Below, piece after piece: positions 1-9,265 of a stretch of DNA of 64,000 bases (within the stretch, counting starts at the first letter, position 1; each line of letters opens with the position of its first letter). Where the stretch lies: positions 79,840 to 143,839 of the forward strand of contig CAWBZM010000003.1 in NCBI GenBank assembly GCA_963793205.1. Reading direction: 5' to 3'. Below the pieces are notes generated by a model. The model searched no databases and was not told where the DNA came from. It worked only from the letters and a program-made list of their open reading frames with translations. This stretch comes from an uncultured Gemmatimonadales bacterium (GTDB lineage Bacteria; Gemmatimonadota; Gemmatimonadetes; Gemmatimonadales; GWC2-71-9). The position numbers and the translations under genes were made by a program.

Positions 1-354
1 GGCTTCGTACTGCCGGCGCAGCAGGGCCTGCTGCGGAGCTGCCCAGGCACTCCCACTGGCTCGGAGGCACAGCTCCGCCTGCTGGTGCTGACAGACCGTG
101 GGGATACGCTGCGATCCGCGAAAGTACAGCTCCGCACCGACGCGCGCGGGTCCATCTCCTCCGCCACGCGCGAGTGGGCCTCCGCCGGCCCCATGGGCAT
201 CTACGAAGTCGGCCCGCTGGAGGCAGCCACCTACGACATCACGGTGCAGGACACCGGTCGTCAGCCAGCGTACATGCGGGTCCGGTTCTGCGACAGCAGC
301 ACGCTCGAGGCACACGCCATTCTTCCCCCGACGCATTCGGTCACCCTGCCCTAG
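1..354 (+). CDS. 3' end of a larger ORF entering from upstream; carboxypeptidase-regulatory-like beta-sandwich tail (partial)
   Basis: Frame 1 is open from base 1 to TAG 352-354. The tail GIYEVGPLEAATYDITVQDTGRQPAYMRVRF has a CarboxypepD_reg-type strand pattern. No start lies in the window. Confidence 0.5.
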   Translation, partial: GFVLPAQQGLLRSCPGTPTGSEAQLRLLVLTDRGDTLRSAKVQLRTDARGSISSATREWASAGPMGIYEVGPLEAATYDITVQDTGRQPAYMRVRFCDSSTLEAHAILPPTHSVTLP

Positions 355-388
355 GCAGGCGGACCTCCCCGCTCCGGACAGCATCGCA

Positions 389-1036
389 ATGCTCCACCCT
401 TCGCGCGTGATACTGTTCCTCCTCGGCTGCCTGCTCCTGGGCGGCCGAGCCGGGGCCGCACAACAGCAGACCGCCACTCGTCACCTGATCTTCCTGCATG
501 GCAAGATCGTCGAGAATGAGGGCCGTCATCCCACCAGCCCGGACTTCGGGGTGTACGACTACGACGGCATCCTCGACAGCCTTCGCCACGCCGGGTTCGT
601 CGTGCTGAGCGAGCAACGCCCACCCGGCACCGATGCGGCCGCCTTTGCGGACCATGTAGCCCACCAGGTCGATAGTCTCCTCGCCCTCGGCATCCCGCCG
701 ACTGATGTGACGGTGGTCGGCTTTTCCAAGGGCGGGTGGATCGCGATTCTCGCTTCGGCCCGTCTGCAGAATCCCGCCCTTTCCTTTGTTTTCATGGGAG
801 CGTGCGGACCCTGGGCGTTCGAACCTGACCTGCACGTGGCGGGACGGCTTCTCTCACTGTACGAAACCAGCGATACCCTCGGGATCTCGTGCGACCGGAT
901 GTTTGCCCATGCCCGTCCCGGCACCCGGCATCAGGAGCTGGCCTTGAGCCTCGGCCTCGGGCATGGAACCTTTTTCCTGCCGCGACCGGACTGGCTGGTG
1001 CCGGCGATCGCCTGGGCCCGAGGGCGGGAACCGTAG
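389..1036 (+). CDS. secreted alpha/beta hydrolase
   Basis: ORF 98..1036 trimmed to ATG 389. MLHPSRVILFLLGCLLLGGRAGAAQQ is a signal peptide. GFSKGG is a G-x-S-x-G nucleophile elbow. The upstream part of the ORF is Pro/Arg-rich and looks non-coding. Confidence 0.8.
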   Translation: MLHPSRVILFLLGCLLLGGRAGAAQQQTATRHLIFLHGKIVENEGRHPTSPDFGVYDYDGILDSLRHAGFVVLSEQRPPGTDAAAFADHVAHQVDSLLALGIPPTDVTVVGFSKGGWIAILASARLQNPALSFVFMGACGPWAFEPDLHVAGRLLSLYETSDTLGISCDRMFAHARPGTRHQELALSLGLGHGTFFLPRPDWLVPAIAWARGREP

Positions 1037-1172
1037 GGGCGTACATCGACCTGTCGGTCCCGGCCCTCACCGGTCCGACCGGAACGGCCACGCGCCGCGC
1101 TACCATCCGCCCCGCCTCTCTCCTACCTTGGAGGAGCATGCTCAACCCGCCACTCCGACCGAGGCTCTGCCG

Positions 1173-1568
1173 ATGTCTCCTGATCGCCTCCGTACCCCGC
1201 CCGACGAGCGGCTCGCTGCCCCGGTGCAGCTGGTCGATCTCCCCGCCACCAGTGCCGCCCTGCAGGCCGAGCCCCATGCCGCAGTGGCGGGCCATCGCCA
1301 GATCGCGGTGTATCGCCGGGGCCCGGTGACGCTGGTGTCGTTTCTCTTCGAGACCGGGGGATCGATGCACGAGCACCAGACCGACGGGGTGGTCACCATC
1401 GACGTGCGATCCGGCCACCTCGCGGTCATCGCGAATGGCATGTCCTACGAGTTGATGGCCGGGCAACTGCTGGCCCTGGCGCCGAACGTCTCCCATACCG
1501 TCGAGGCACGGGCCCCGAGCGAAATGCTGCTCACCGTGCACCGGACCCCGGCGGACCGCTCGCTCTAA
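1173..1568 (+). CDS. cupin domain protein
   Basis: ORF 963..1568 trimmed to ATG 1173 (MSPDRLRTPPDE). Cupin barrel pattern is GSMHEHQTDGVVTIDV ... LAPNVSHTVEA. Confidence 0.7.
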   Translation: MSPDRLRTPPDERLAAPVQLVDLPATSAALQAEPHAAVAGHRQIAVYRRGPVTLVSFLFETGGSMHEHQTDGVVTIDVRSGHLAVIANGMSYELMAGQLLALAPNVSHTVEARAPSEMLLTVHRTPADRSL

Positions 1569-1633
1569 CTGCGGCGGCTTGCGGCGGGGCCGCGGCCGCA
1601 CCCTGATCTGCGACACCTGGACGAGGCGATGTC

Positions 1634-2281
1634 ATGATCCGATCCCCAGCGCTGAGCTCCTGCGTGCTGATCCTCGGGCTCGCGTGGTCATTACCGGCGC
1701 AGCAGGTCCCGGCGGGCCGAGCGGGAGTGGACGCCGCCATTGTCCGCCTCAGCGCCCGGTTGCAGGAGAGCCCGGAGTTCGTCACCTATGTCAGCGATCC
1801 GGCGAACCAGGCATCCGGCAACCCCCTTGCACCCACCGGATCGCTGAGCTTCCTGCCCCTCGACGACTCCACCACGATTGGGCTGCTCAGCCTGCTCAAT
1901 GACACGCTGGCGCAGTTGCCGGAGCCATCCTGTGCTGCCATCGTGAACGGGAAGGCGGGCCTCGAGGGCGACGGTTTCATGGACTGGCTGGGCGCAAGTG
2001 ACAGTGCCACCGTCGAACGCTGGGTCACCCTGCTCGGCGACGTGGCGCTGCTTACCGTCCGACGCGCGCCGCCCCATCCGAAGCCCTCGGCGGAAGAGGG
2101 CCAGCAGGTGCTGGTGGCGGCGCTCTCGACCCTGTCCGAGGCCGATCAGGCGCGCCTGGCCACCGCATTCGAATCCGGCCAGGCCAGCGAACAGTGCTGG
2201 GCGGCCCGTCAGCTCTTCGGCGGACTCGGCCGACAGCCCCCGGCCGACCAGGTCCGGGCCATGCGGTCGTTCTTCCCCTGA
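1634..2281 (+). CDS. secreted hypothetical protein
   Basis: ATG 1634. Signal peptide is SSCVLILGLAWSLPAQQ. Codon usage is typical. No domain recognised. Confidence 0.7.
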   Translation: MIRSPALSSCVLILGLAWSLPAQQVPAGRAGVDAAIVRLSARLQESPEFVTYVSDPANQASGNPLAPTGSLSFLPLDDSTTIGLLSLLNDTLAQLPEPSCAAIVNGKAGLEGDGFMDWLGASDSATVERWVTLLGDVALLTVRRAPPHPKPSAEEGQQVLVAALSTLSEADQARLATAFESGQASEQCWAARQLFGGLGRQPPADQVRAMRSFFP

Positions 2282-2345
2282 TGCCGCTCCAGCTGGGGCA
2301 TGCCCGGAGTCAGCGGGTGCATCGGTGACCCGACTCGACAGCTGG

Positions 2346-2912
2346 ATGCCGGAATCCGACGTGGCGGCGACCTACGCCACGACCATCAGGGCCTCCCCGG
2401 CACGGGTCTACGACGTGATCCTCTCGACCGATTTCGGCGCGCATCCCCTCGTGGCCCTCCTGATGGGACTCCGGGCAGTGCCCGCCCTGGTGGCGGCACC
2501 ACGCGCGACCCTTCGCCGGTGGCGAGCGAGCCGTGGTGGCACCTCGCTCCGGTTGAAGACACTGCTCAGTGACGATTTCGTCATCCTCGAAGAAGCGGTC
2601 CCGGCCGAACTGGTGCTGGGACTCACCGGTCGCTTCTGGACCCCCTCAGGCGGGCTGGTCCCGACCGATCCCACCACCTTTCGTGACACTCCCAGCCCGG
2701 GGCTGGCCCGGGCGGCGTGGAACTTCCACCTGGTCGCGCTGGATCCGGAACGCACCCGGCTAAGCACCGAAACTCGGGTGCGCTGCGGCGATCCGCGGAC
2801 GGCTCGGCGCTTCAAGGCGTACTGGCGCCTCGTCGCTCCTGGCAGCGGGCTGATTCGCTGGGCCATTCTGCGCCAGATTCGGCGCGCCGCCGAGCAGCCG
2901 GTTCCGGCCTGA
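2346..2912 (+). CDS. SRPBCC/START-like hypothetical protein (DUF2867-like)
   Basis: ORF 1998..2912 trimmed to ATG 2346 (MPESDVAATYATTIRASPARVYD). The fold assignment is from memory of the family pattern only. Confidence 0.6.
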   Translation: MPESDVAATYATTIRASPARVYDVILSTDFGAHPLVALLMGLRAVPALVAAPRATLRRWRASRGGTSLRLKTLLSDDFVILEEAVPAELVLGLTGRFWTPSGGLVPTDPTTFRDTPSPGLARAAWNFHLVALDPERTRLSTETRVRCGDPRTARRFKAYWRLVAPGSGLIRWAILRQIRRAAEQPVPA

Positions 2913-2963
2913 TGGGTGGGGCAACCGACAGGACGCCCGACCCACCTGGCTATATTCTGGCCC

Positions 2964-3326
2964 ATGTCAATCGACCGTAAGGAACTCCTGCATCAGTACA
3001 AGACCACGCCCCGCACCATGGGCGTCGCCCAGATTCGCCATGTGGCGAGTGGCAAGGCGCTGGTCTTTGCCCATCTCGACATCCATGCGCTGGTCAACCG
3101 CTACCGCACCCAGTTGCGGTTCGGTGGGCACCCCAACAAGGAGCTGCAACGGGACTGGCAGGCCCATGGCGAGGACGCCTTCACGATCGACATCCTCGAC
3201 ACTCTGGTACCACGGGACACGCCCGAGACCAACCCCGCCGAAGAGCTGGCGGTGCTGGAGCAGCTGTGGATGGAGAAGTTGAATCCGGTCACGCCGGCAG
3301 GTTATAACCGTCCGGCCAGGAAGTAG
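2964..3326 (+). CDS. small GIY-YIG nuclease family protein
   Basis: ATG 2964 (MSIDRKELLHQYK). GVAQIRH..GKALVFAH..NRYRTQLRFGGHPNKELQRDWQAHGEDAFTIDILD matches the stand-alone GIY-YIG family. Confidence 0.8.
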   Translation: MSIDRKELLHQYKTTPRTMGVAQIRHVASGKALVFAHLDIHALVNRYRTQLRFGGHPNKELQRDWQAHGEDAFTIDILDTLVPRDTPETNPAEELAVLEQLWMEKLNPVTPAGYNRPARK

Positions 3327-3440
3327 CTCCGCCTGACCGCTTCGGAGGTGACCATGCTCGGCCGACCGTTCATCGCGCGTTCCGACTGCCTCCCGCACCC
3401 GGGGATCCTGCCGGGTCCCGTCGCACAGTAGCCTCAACTC

Positions 3441-3845
3441 ATGTTCGCTTGGGTTCGGCGGCTGTTACGGCGCAGCGAGAGACGTGTCATCCCCACCATC
3501 GCGGCGGACACAACCGGGTTCTCCCTGACCCTCGGGCGCCACACCCACGCCTACCCCTGGGCGTCGGTGCGGAAGGTGGCCGCGTACAAGCAGGACCTGC
3601 ACACCCACGATGTCATCGTCCTGGTGCTGGAAGTATTTCGCGCCGCGAACCAGGTCCTCACCCTGCTCGAGGAAGACCCGGGCTTCGCCACGCTCTTCGC
3701 GCCCATGGAAGAGGCACTCGGCATCAACCCCAGCTGGTACCTCGAGATCATGACGCCGGTCTTCGCCGCCACTCCGGTGGTGCTGTATGTGCGGGACCCG
3801 GAAGGTGATGAGGTGCCACCGATCGGGAGTCAGACCGCTGGGTGA
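3441..3845 (+). CDS. hypothetical protein
   Basis: Clean 134-aa ORF with typical GC3-rich codons. No recognisable domain. Confidence 0.6.
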   Translation: MFAWVRRLLRRSERRVIPTIAADTTGFSLTLGRHTHAYPWASVRKVAAYKQDLHTHDVIVLVLEVFRAANQVLTLLEEDPGFATLFAPMEEALGINPSWYLEIMTPVFAATPVVLYVRDPEGDEVPPIGSQTAG

Positions 3846-4019
3846 GGTATCGAACCACGCCGCGCTGCGGCGGGCTATGACCACCCGCTGCGTTACGGTG
3901 CCTCCTCGGACAGTTGGTTGCGCGCTGGCGGCGCAACTGGGGCCTTCGGGGCGATAGCGGCGGGCGAGGATTTCCAGGCTGGTGTGGCGTTTTCCATTTT
4001 GGAGGAGTACCACAGTTCC

Positions 4020-5594
4020 ATGGACACCCATATCGCCCTGCGCCCGCCGGAACCTGTCGGCGCCGGTCCACGCAGGGCCACGCCGGGGCTTCCAACGGAT
4101 ATTGTCCGCCAGTCGGTGGTGCGCCTGCGCGCGCTGGCGCTACTCTACGCCATCACGTTTTTCCTGGCCGGTATCTTCCCCGCGTTCTTTACACCCGCCG
4201 ACCGCGCGCTCTTCCTGAGCAGTCCGGCGCAATGGCTCCCGTCCACCCTGTCCATCGTCGTCGCGCTCGGCCTGTGGGTCCTGCTCCGGAGCGGACGGGT
4301 ACCGTTGTCCGCCACCCTTTCCCTCGGACTCGGTTTCGAGGTGGTCAGCAGCTACGGGATTGCCACGGCAGAGTTGATGGGGGCCCCCGCGCTGCCCGAT
4401 GATCCGAACGCCCTGGCGCTGCATGGGCTCTCCTGGGTGGCGGTGTGGGTGCTGCTCTTTACGATTGTCCTGCCCGCGCGGCCAGGCCGAGTGTTGCTCG
4501 CCGCCCTCGCCTCCGTCGCTGCGGTACCCGTTACCCTGGTCACGCTGGAGGCACTCGGGCTCTCGCAGCTTCGGCTGGGGCCACTGCCGTTCTTCTTCGG
4601 CGAAGTCTTTCCCTATCTGCTGGTCGTCGGGATGGCGTATGCCGGCGCCCGGGTGGTGTACGCCCTCGGCACCGAGGTGCGGCGCGCGCGCGAGGTGGGC
4701 AGTTACCAGCTGGAGGAGAAACTCGGTCAAGGAGGGATGGGTGAGGTCTGGCGGGCGCGGCATCGTCTGCTGGCCCGGCCGGCCGCAATCAAGGTGATGC
4801 GGGCCCCACTGCAGCATACCGGGACCGGCGAGCACTCGGCCGCCAATCTCCTCCGCTTCGAACGCGAGGCCCAGGTGATTGCGAACCTCCGGTCGCCACA
4901 TACCGTCGACCTCTACGACTTCGGTGTGACGGAGGATGGCGCGTTCTACTATGCCATGGAGATTCTGGACGGTCTCGATGCGGATCATTTCGTGCGCCGG
5001 TTCGGCCCCCTCTCCGCCGCCCGAACGGTCTACCTGCTGCGGCAGATGTGCCACTCGATTTCCGAAGCGGAATCACTCGGGGTGGTACACCGCGATATCA
5101 AACCAGCCAACATCTTCCTCTGTCGGTACGGCAAGGATTGCGATTTCGTGAAGGTCCTGGACTTCGGCATTGCCAAGCTGAACCACGACCTGCCAGCGCC
5201 CGGCCTCACAGGTGAGAATGTGGTACAGGGGACGCCGGCGTTCATGGCACCGGAGCAGGCGCTGGGGCAGCCGGTCGATACCCGGACCGACATCTACGCC
5301 CTCGGGTGTGTCGGATACTGGCTGCTGACCGGTCACCTGGTGTTCGATGCGCCGTCACCCATGGCACTGCTGATGCAACATACGAGTAGCGCACCGGTGG
5401 CACCGTCCACGCGGTGCGAACTCCCGATCCCGCCGGATCTGGACCAACTCATGCTGGACTGCCTCGCCAAGGATCCGGCGCGGCGGCCCGCCAGTGCGGA
5501 TGAACTGGGCCGCCGGTTGGAGGCCATTCGATTGGATGAACCCTGGAACCAGGCCCAGGCGCGGGCATGGTGGATAAAGGCCGGACTGCCATGA
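4020..5594 (+). CDS. membrane-anchored Ser/Thr protein kinase (multi-TM N-terminus, C-terminal Hanks kinase)
   Basis: Kinase motifs are GQGGMGEVW G-loop, AAIKV Lys, HRDIKPANIF, DFG and APE. About six hydrophobic helices precede the kinase. Start taken at ATG 4020; 3918 is the alternative. Confidence 0.9.
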   Translation: MDTHIALRPPEPVGAGPRRATPGLPTDIVRQSVVRLRALALLYAITFFLAGIFPAFFTPADRALFLSSPAQWLPSTLSIVVALGLWVLLRSGRVPLSATLSLGLGFEVVSSYGIATAELMGAPALPDDPNALALHGLSWVAVWVLLFTIVLPARPGRVLLAALASVAAVPVTLVTLEALGLSQLRLGPLPFFFGEVFPYLLVVGMAYAGARVVYALGTEVRRAREVGSYQLEEKLGQGGMGEVWRARHRLLARPAAIKVMRAPLQHTGTGEHSAANLLRFEREAQVIANLRSPHTVDLYDFGVTEDGAFYYAMEILDGLDADHFVRRFGPLSAARTVYLLRQMCHSISEAESLGVVHRDIKPANIFLCRYGKDCDFVKVLDFGIAKLNHDLPAPGLTGENVVQGTPAFMAPEQALGQPVDTRTDIYALGCVGYWLLTGHLVFDAPSPMALLMQHTSSAPVAPSTRCELPIPPDLDQLMLDCLAKDPARRPASADELGRRLEAIRLDEPWNQAQARAWWIKAGLP

Positions 5595-6148
5595 GGACCC
5601 AGTATTACACCGCCGCGAGCCTCGATGGCTTCATCGCAACCATCGACGATTCCCTGGACTGGTTGTTTCCACTCGGGGACATCAGTGAGACCGGATACGA
5701 CAACTTCTACCGTGAAGTCGGCGCACTCGCCATGGGATCGACCACGTACGAGTGGATGCTGCGGCACGTGATCCACCCGAGTGATCGGGAGCCGCGACCC
5801 TGGCCATACGATAGGCCGACCTGGGTCTTCAGCTCCCGGACCCTCCCGATCGTCCCGGGAGCCGACCTCCGATTCGTCCGGGGTGATGTGCGACCGGTCC
5901 ATGCCGCGATGCGGGCCGCGGCGCGGGAGAAGAATATCTGGCTGGTCGGCGGCGGCGAACTCGTGGGCCAGTTCCACGATCATGGCCTGCTGGATGAGAT
6001 CTTCGTGCAGGTCGGCTCCGTGACGCTGGGCGCAGGCAAGCCTCTGCTTCCCCGGGTGATCACCGCGCCCCCGCTGCGCCTGCTCTCCGTGCGTCAGGCG
6101 GGGAATGGGTTCGCCGAACTGCACTACGAAGTGCCCCGCCCTGCCTGA
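5591..6148 (+). CDS. dihydrofolate reductase family protein (RibD C-terminal domain type)
   Basis: ATG 5591 overlaps the kinase stop (ATGA). Family pattern is MRTQYYTAASLDGFIA ... NIWLVGGGELVGQF. Confidence 0.85.
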   Translation: MRTQYYTAASLDGFIATIDDSLDWLFPLGDISETGYDNFYREVGALAMGSTTYEWMLRHVIHPSDREPRPWPYDRPTWVFSSRTLPIVPGADLRFVRGDVRPVHAAMRAAAREKNIWLVGGGELVGQFHDHGLLDEIFVQVGSVTLGAGKPLLPRVITAPPLRLLSVRQAGNGFAELHYEVPRPA

Positions 6149-6165
6149 CGTCCTCGGACCGGGAC

Positions 6166-6531
6166 CTACTTCGAGGACATGACGAACTGGTTGCCGTCCG
6201 GATCCCGGAAGATCGCCGCGCTCCCCCAGTCCGACTTCTCCGCCGGCTGGTCGAACACCACGCCGCGGCCCAGGAGTTCCTGATACGTCTTCTCCACATC
6301 ATCGGCCACGAAAGTGACGGTCGATGGCTTGCCGATCAGGTCGCGATGCGCCTCGGCAGTAAACAACACCACCCGGGTGTCGCTCCGCCCGATGCCCAGC
6401 TCGATCCAGCGCTGCGTGCCGTCGAAGGGCTGATCGGTGACGACGCGAAAGCCCAGTTTCTCAGTGTAGAAGGCGAGGGAGGCGTCCTGATCCCGGCACG
6501 GGATCGTCACGAACTTGATACCACGAATCAT
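6166..6531 (-). CDS. VOC/glyoxalase family protein
   Basis: ORF 6166..6609 trimmed to ATG 6531 (MIRGIKFVTIPCRDQDASLAFYTEKLGF). Ends DPDGNQFVMSSK. Confidence 0.85.
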   Translation of the reverse strand: MIRGIKFVTIPCRDQDASLAFYTEKLGFRVVTDQPFDGTQRWIELGIGRSDTRVVLFTAEAHRDLIGKPSTVTFVADDVEKTYQELLGRGVVFDQPAEKSDWGSAAIFRDPDGNQFVMSSK

Positions 6532-6645
6532 GGCAGCTCCTGAGATGGAATGGTGAACCCGCTGGGGGCACAATACCGCTGGTCCCATCTTGCGCCGCAA
6601 GGCGCGCATCCTTTACTATGGCAGCCGTTTCCATAGCGAGATGCC

Positions 6646-6949
6646 ATGCCCCCCATTCCGGTCGATCCCTACATCCTCGACACGCTGCTGCCGGACCTGG
6701 TCGGTCACGATCGGCAGCCGTCCGCGTTTCTCGTCTACCTGTACCTCTGGCGCCAGGCTCATCGAAGTGGCAGTGCCGAGCGTGCAGGTCAGCCTGCAGG
6801 ACATGACGGTCGGCACCGGACTGTCGAAGCGATCGGTGCAGTCGGCGCTGACCCTGCTGGCCCGGCGCCGCCTGATCGGCGTCACCCGCGCCAGCGTTAC
6901 CGCCATTCCCTGCTACGCCGTGCGACGGCCCTGGATCCGCTCCGGGTAA
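6646..6949 (+). pseudogene. helix-turn-helix protein split by an apparent +1 frameshift near 6770-6785
   Basis: The N-half MPPIPVDPYILDTLLPDLVGHDRQPSAFLVYLYLWRQA lies in the frame of ORF 6646. The C-half VQVSLQDMTVGTGLSKRSVQSALTLLARRRLIGV...YAVRRPW lies in the frame of ORF 6590. Removing one base joins them. Confidence 0.55.
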
Positions 6950-7040
6950 ACCCCGAGTCCCGTCCCGGTCCCCCTCTGGCGCGAGGCGGACCCTGGGCGT
7001 AACCTGGCGCACGGTCCAACCCCTCCCCACGTGGCCCCGC

Positions 7041-7418
7041 ATGGAATGGACGGTGGAGTTCGAAGCACACCCGAGACACGTCCGCGTCACCACCCGCGGG
7101 ATCTTCCTCGTGGTGGATCACCTCCGCATGATCGAAGACATACTGGGCCGGCCATTCTGGGCGCCGGACACCGCGGTGCTGTTCGACCACCGCCAGCTCG
7201 ACATGTCCGGTGCCACCTACGCCACCATGGAAGCAGCGAGCCGGAATCATCTGCAGCACGATGACCGGATCGGTTCAGGCAAGGCGGCGGTCGTCATGGC
7301 GTCTGCCGCCGATTTCGGAAGCGCCCGCCAGTTCGAAATGCTGGTCGATGGCCAGGTTGCGGCCAACCTGCGCGTCTTCCTCTCCCCCACGGAGGCGATG
7401 CGCTGGCTGCTCGACTGA
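7041..7418 (+). CDS. hypothetical protein (STAS/SpoIIAA-like fold suspected)
   Basis: Clean 125-aa ORF. Similar in style to 37418..37861. The fold call is weak. Confidence 0.65.
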   Translation: MEWTVEFEAHPRHVRVTTRGIFLVVDHLRMIEDILGRPFWAPDTAVLFDHRQLDMSGATYATMEAASRNHLQHDDRIGSGKAAVVMASAADFGSARQFEMLVDGQVAANLRVFLSPTEAMRWLLD

Positions 7419-7570
7419 TCCCAGGCGCCTCCCCGCCGGTTGCGACCGATTCTCTCCAGGTCCGCGACGGTTTCTATCTCTCGCTCGGCCTCGGCCCGGC
7501 GTATCTCCACTACGCCTGCCGAGGGTGTACCGCCGCCGGGGGTGACCTCGCCACCCACGGCCGCGCCAGA

Positions 7571-7957
7571 GTGGGGACGGTCGTCTCACCCCATCTGGCG
7601 GTCGGGGTGGACTTCGTCCTCTGGCGCCGACAGACGACCGATGATGGCGCGGTCTCTACGCTGGCGACGGTCATCTGGTATCCCCGCGCCCGTGGCGGAA
7701 GCTTTCTGCAGGGCTCAACTGGTATCACCCGGTTTCATGGGATCAGGTACGCGGACGGCCCGCAGGAGCAGGGGACCGGACCAGCCATCGCCCTCGCGGC
7801 CGGCTATGACGCGCGATTCAGCCGCGCGCTCTCCCTCACCCCGATGGTTTCGGCCATGTACAGCGACATCGGGACCACTCGTATCCTCTCCCAACCGGTG
7901 CGGCGCGCGACCAGGGCATGGCTGCTCGCATTCTCGGTGGGTTTCACCTGGCACTAG
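7571..7957 (+). CDS. outer-membrane beta-barrel-like ORF lacking start and signal peptide (possible 5'-truncated remnant)
   Basis: Alternating barrel pattern ending GFTWH. The frame is open from 7265 and reads RDGFYLSLGLGPAYLHY. There is no ATG/GTG/TTG before GTG 7571 and no signal peptide. Confidence 0.4.
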   Translation: MGTVVSPHLAVGVDFVLWRRQTTDDGAVSTLATVIWYPRARGGSFLQGSTGITRFHGIRYADGPQEQGTGPAIALAAGYDARFSRALSLTPMVSAMYSDIGTTRILSQPVRRATRAWLLAFSVGFTWH

Positions 7958-8065
7958 GGTATCCCGGCGAGCGGAATCTGGCGGACCGCCCCGCGCCAAC
8001 GTATCCTGAACCAGTTGGCGGGCCATTAGCGCGACCACACACTCCATTCCAGTCGAGCAGCACGG

Positions 8066-8512
8066 ATGCCCCTGCCCCTCGTCAGAAACTGCGCCCCCTT
8101 CCTCATCCTGCTGACGGCCTGCGCGCCTGCCGGTTCGACCTCAGTGTCCGAGGTCGTCATCCCGGCTACCGATTACGCATTTCAGGTTCCCACCAAAGTG
8201 TCGGCCGGCCCGACCCGCTTCCGGCTGGAGAACCGCGGTCAGGTTGTGCATGAGATGGCCATGGGCCAGCTGAAGCTCGGTGTGACCGCGGATTCAATGC
8301 TCACGTATGCCGCACAGGGGCATGACCCCGGCGATCTCACCGATGGGGTGGTGGGAATCCTGATCGCCGAGCCAGGGACGACGGCACTGGGCACGCTCAC
8401 GGCGGACCTGGTACCGGGCCGAACGTACGTGATGATCTGCCAGTTCCGGGATGCGGACTCCCTGCCACCGCACATCGCGATGGGCATGCAGGCCAGTTTC
8501 GTCGCCCAATAG
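8066..8512 (+). CDS. lipoprotein, cupredoxin-like
   Basis: Lipobox is LILLTAC. Possible copper ligands are HEM ... CQFRDADSLPPHIAMGM. The function call is tentative. Confidence 0.6.
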   Translation: MPLPLVRNCAPFLILLTACAPAGSTSVSEVVIPATDYAFQVPTKVSAGPTRFRLENRGQVVHEMAMGQLKLGVTADSMLTYAAQGHDPGDLTDGVVGILIAEPGTTALGTLTADLVPGRTYVMICQFRDADSLPPHIAMGMQASFVAQ

Positions 8513-8559
8513 ATGGTCCGCGAGGCGCCCCGATCAGCAGGCACCGGGCACCGATCTGC

Positions 8560-9258
8560 ATGCGCCTGACGACCTGGAATTGCTGCGCCGGGCCACTGAC
8601 CGGGAAACTGGCGGCGTTGCACCGGCTCAAGCCCGACATCGCGGTGATCCCGGAATGCCCGTACCTCCCGAGTGCATCGCAGACCTTCTGGCTCGGCCGC
8701 AATCGTCGGAAGGGGCTCGGGATCATCGCCCGCGCGCCATGGGTGGTCACACCCCTCGTCGTGCAAGGCACCCTGCCCCGGTACGTACAACCGCTGGCGG
8801 TCACCGGCCCTGCATCATTTCTGCTGATCGCGGTCTGGGCGATGAACGAAGGACGGGATCGGTACGTGCGCGGGATGCACCGGGCGTGCGATCTGCTGGA
8901 ACCGCTCGTGAAACGGGGAGCGAGTGTCTGGATGGGCGACTTCAACTCCAACGCCATCTGGGATCATGAGCACCCCGCCGGCCTGAGTCACTCCGCCCTG
9001 GTGGCCCGGCTCGCGGATTGGGGGCTGGTCAGCGCCTATCATGCGGTCCGGCGGCAGGCGCACGGGTCGGAAACGACGCCGACCTTCTACACCTACCGGC
9101 ACCGCCATCGCCCCTACCATCTCGACTATTGCTTCCTGCCGTCAGCCTGGGTGCCGCGGATCACCGGGGTCCATGTCGGTCGACACGCCACCTGGGCGGC
9201 CCGGAGCGATCATATGCCGCTTACCGTCACGCTCACACCACCGGGCGTGCTGTCATGA
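8560..9258 (+). CDS. endonuclease/exonuclease/phosphatase (EEP) family protein
   Basis: MRLTTWNCCAGP ... PDIAVIPEC ... GDFNSN ... SDHMPLTV are typical EEP motifs. Confidence 0.8.
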   Translation: MRLTTWNCCAGPLTGKLAALHRLKPDIAVIPECPYLPSASQTFWLGRNRRKGLGIIARAPWVVTPLVVQGTLPRYVQPLAVTGPASFLLIAVWAMNEGRDRYVRGMHRACDLLEPLVKRGASVWMGDFNSNAIWDHEHPAGLSHSALVARLADWGLVSAYHAVRRQAHGSETTPTFYTYRHRHRPYHLDYCFLPSAWVPRITGVHVGRHATWAARSDHMPLTVTLTPPGVLS

Positions 9259-9265
9259 ACCCGGG

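Noticed and set aside
2964-9258. Mobile element or prophage fragment suggested by GIY-YIG and EEP nuclease-fold genes (plus the Hjc-like gene at 32808)
   Set aside because: I saw no integrase, transposase, terminal inverted or direct repeats, tRNA target or phage structural genes. The nuclease-fold genes are scattered among ordinary chromosomal genes with the same codon style.
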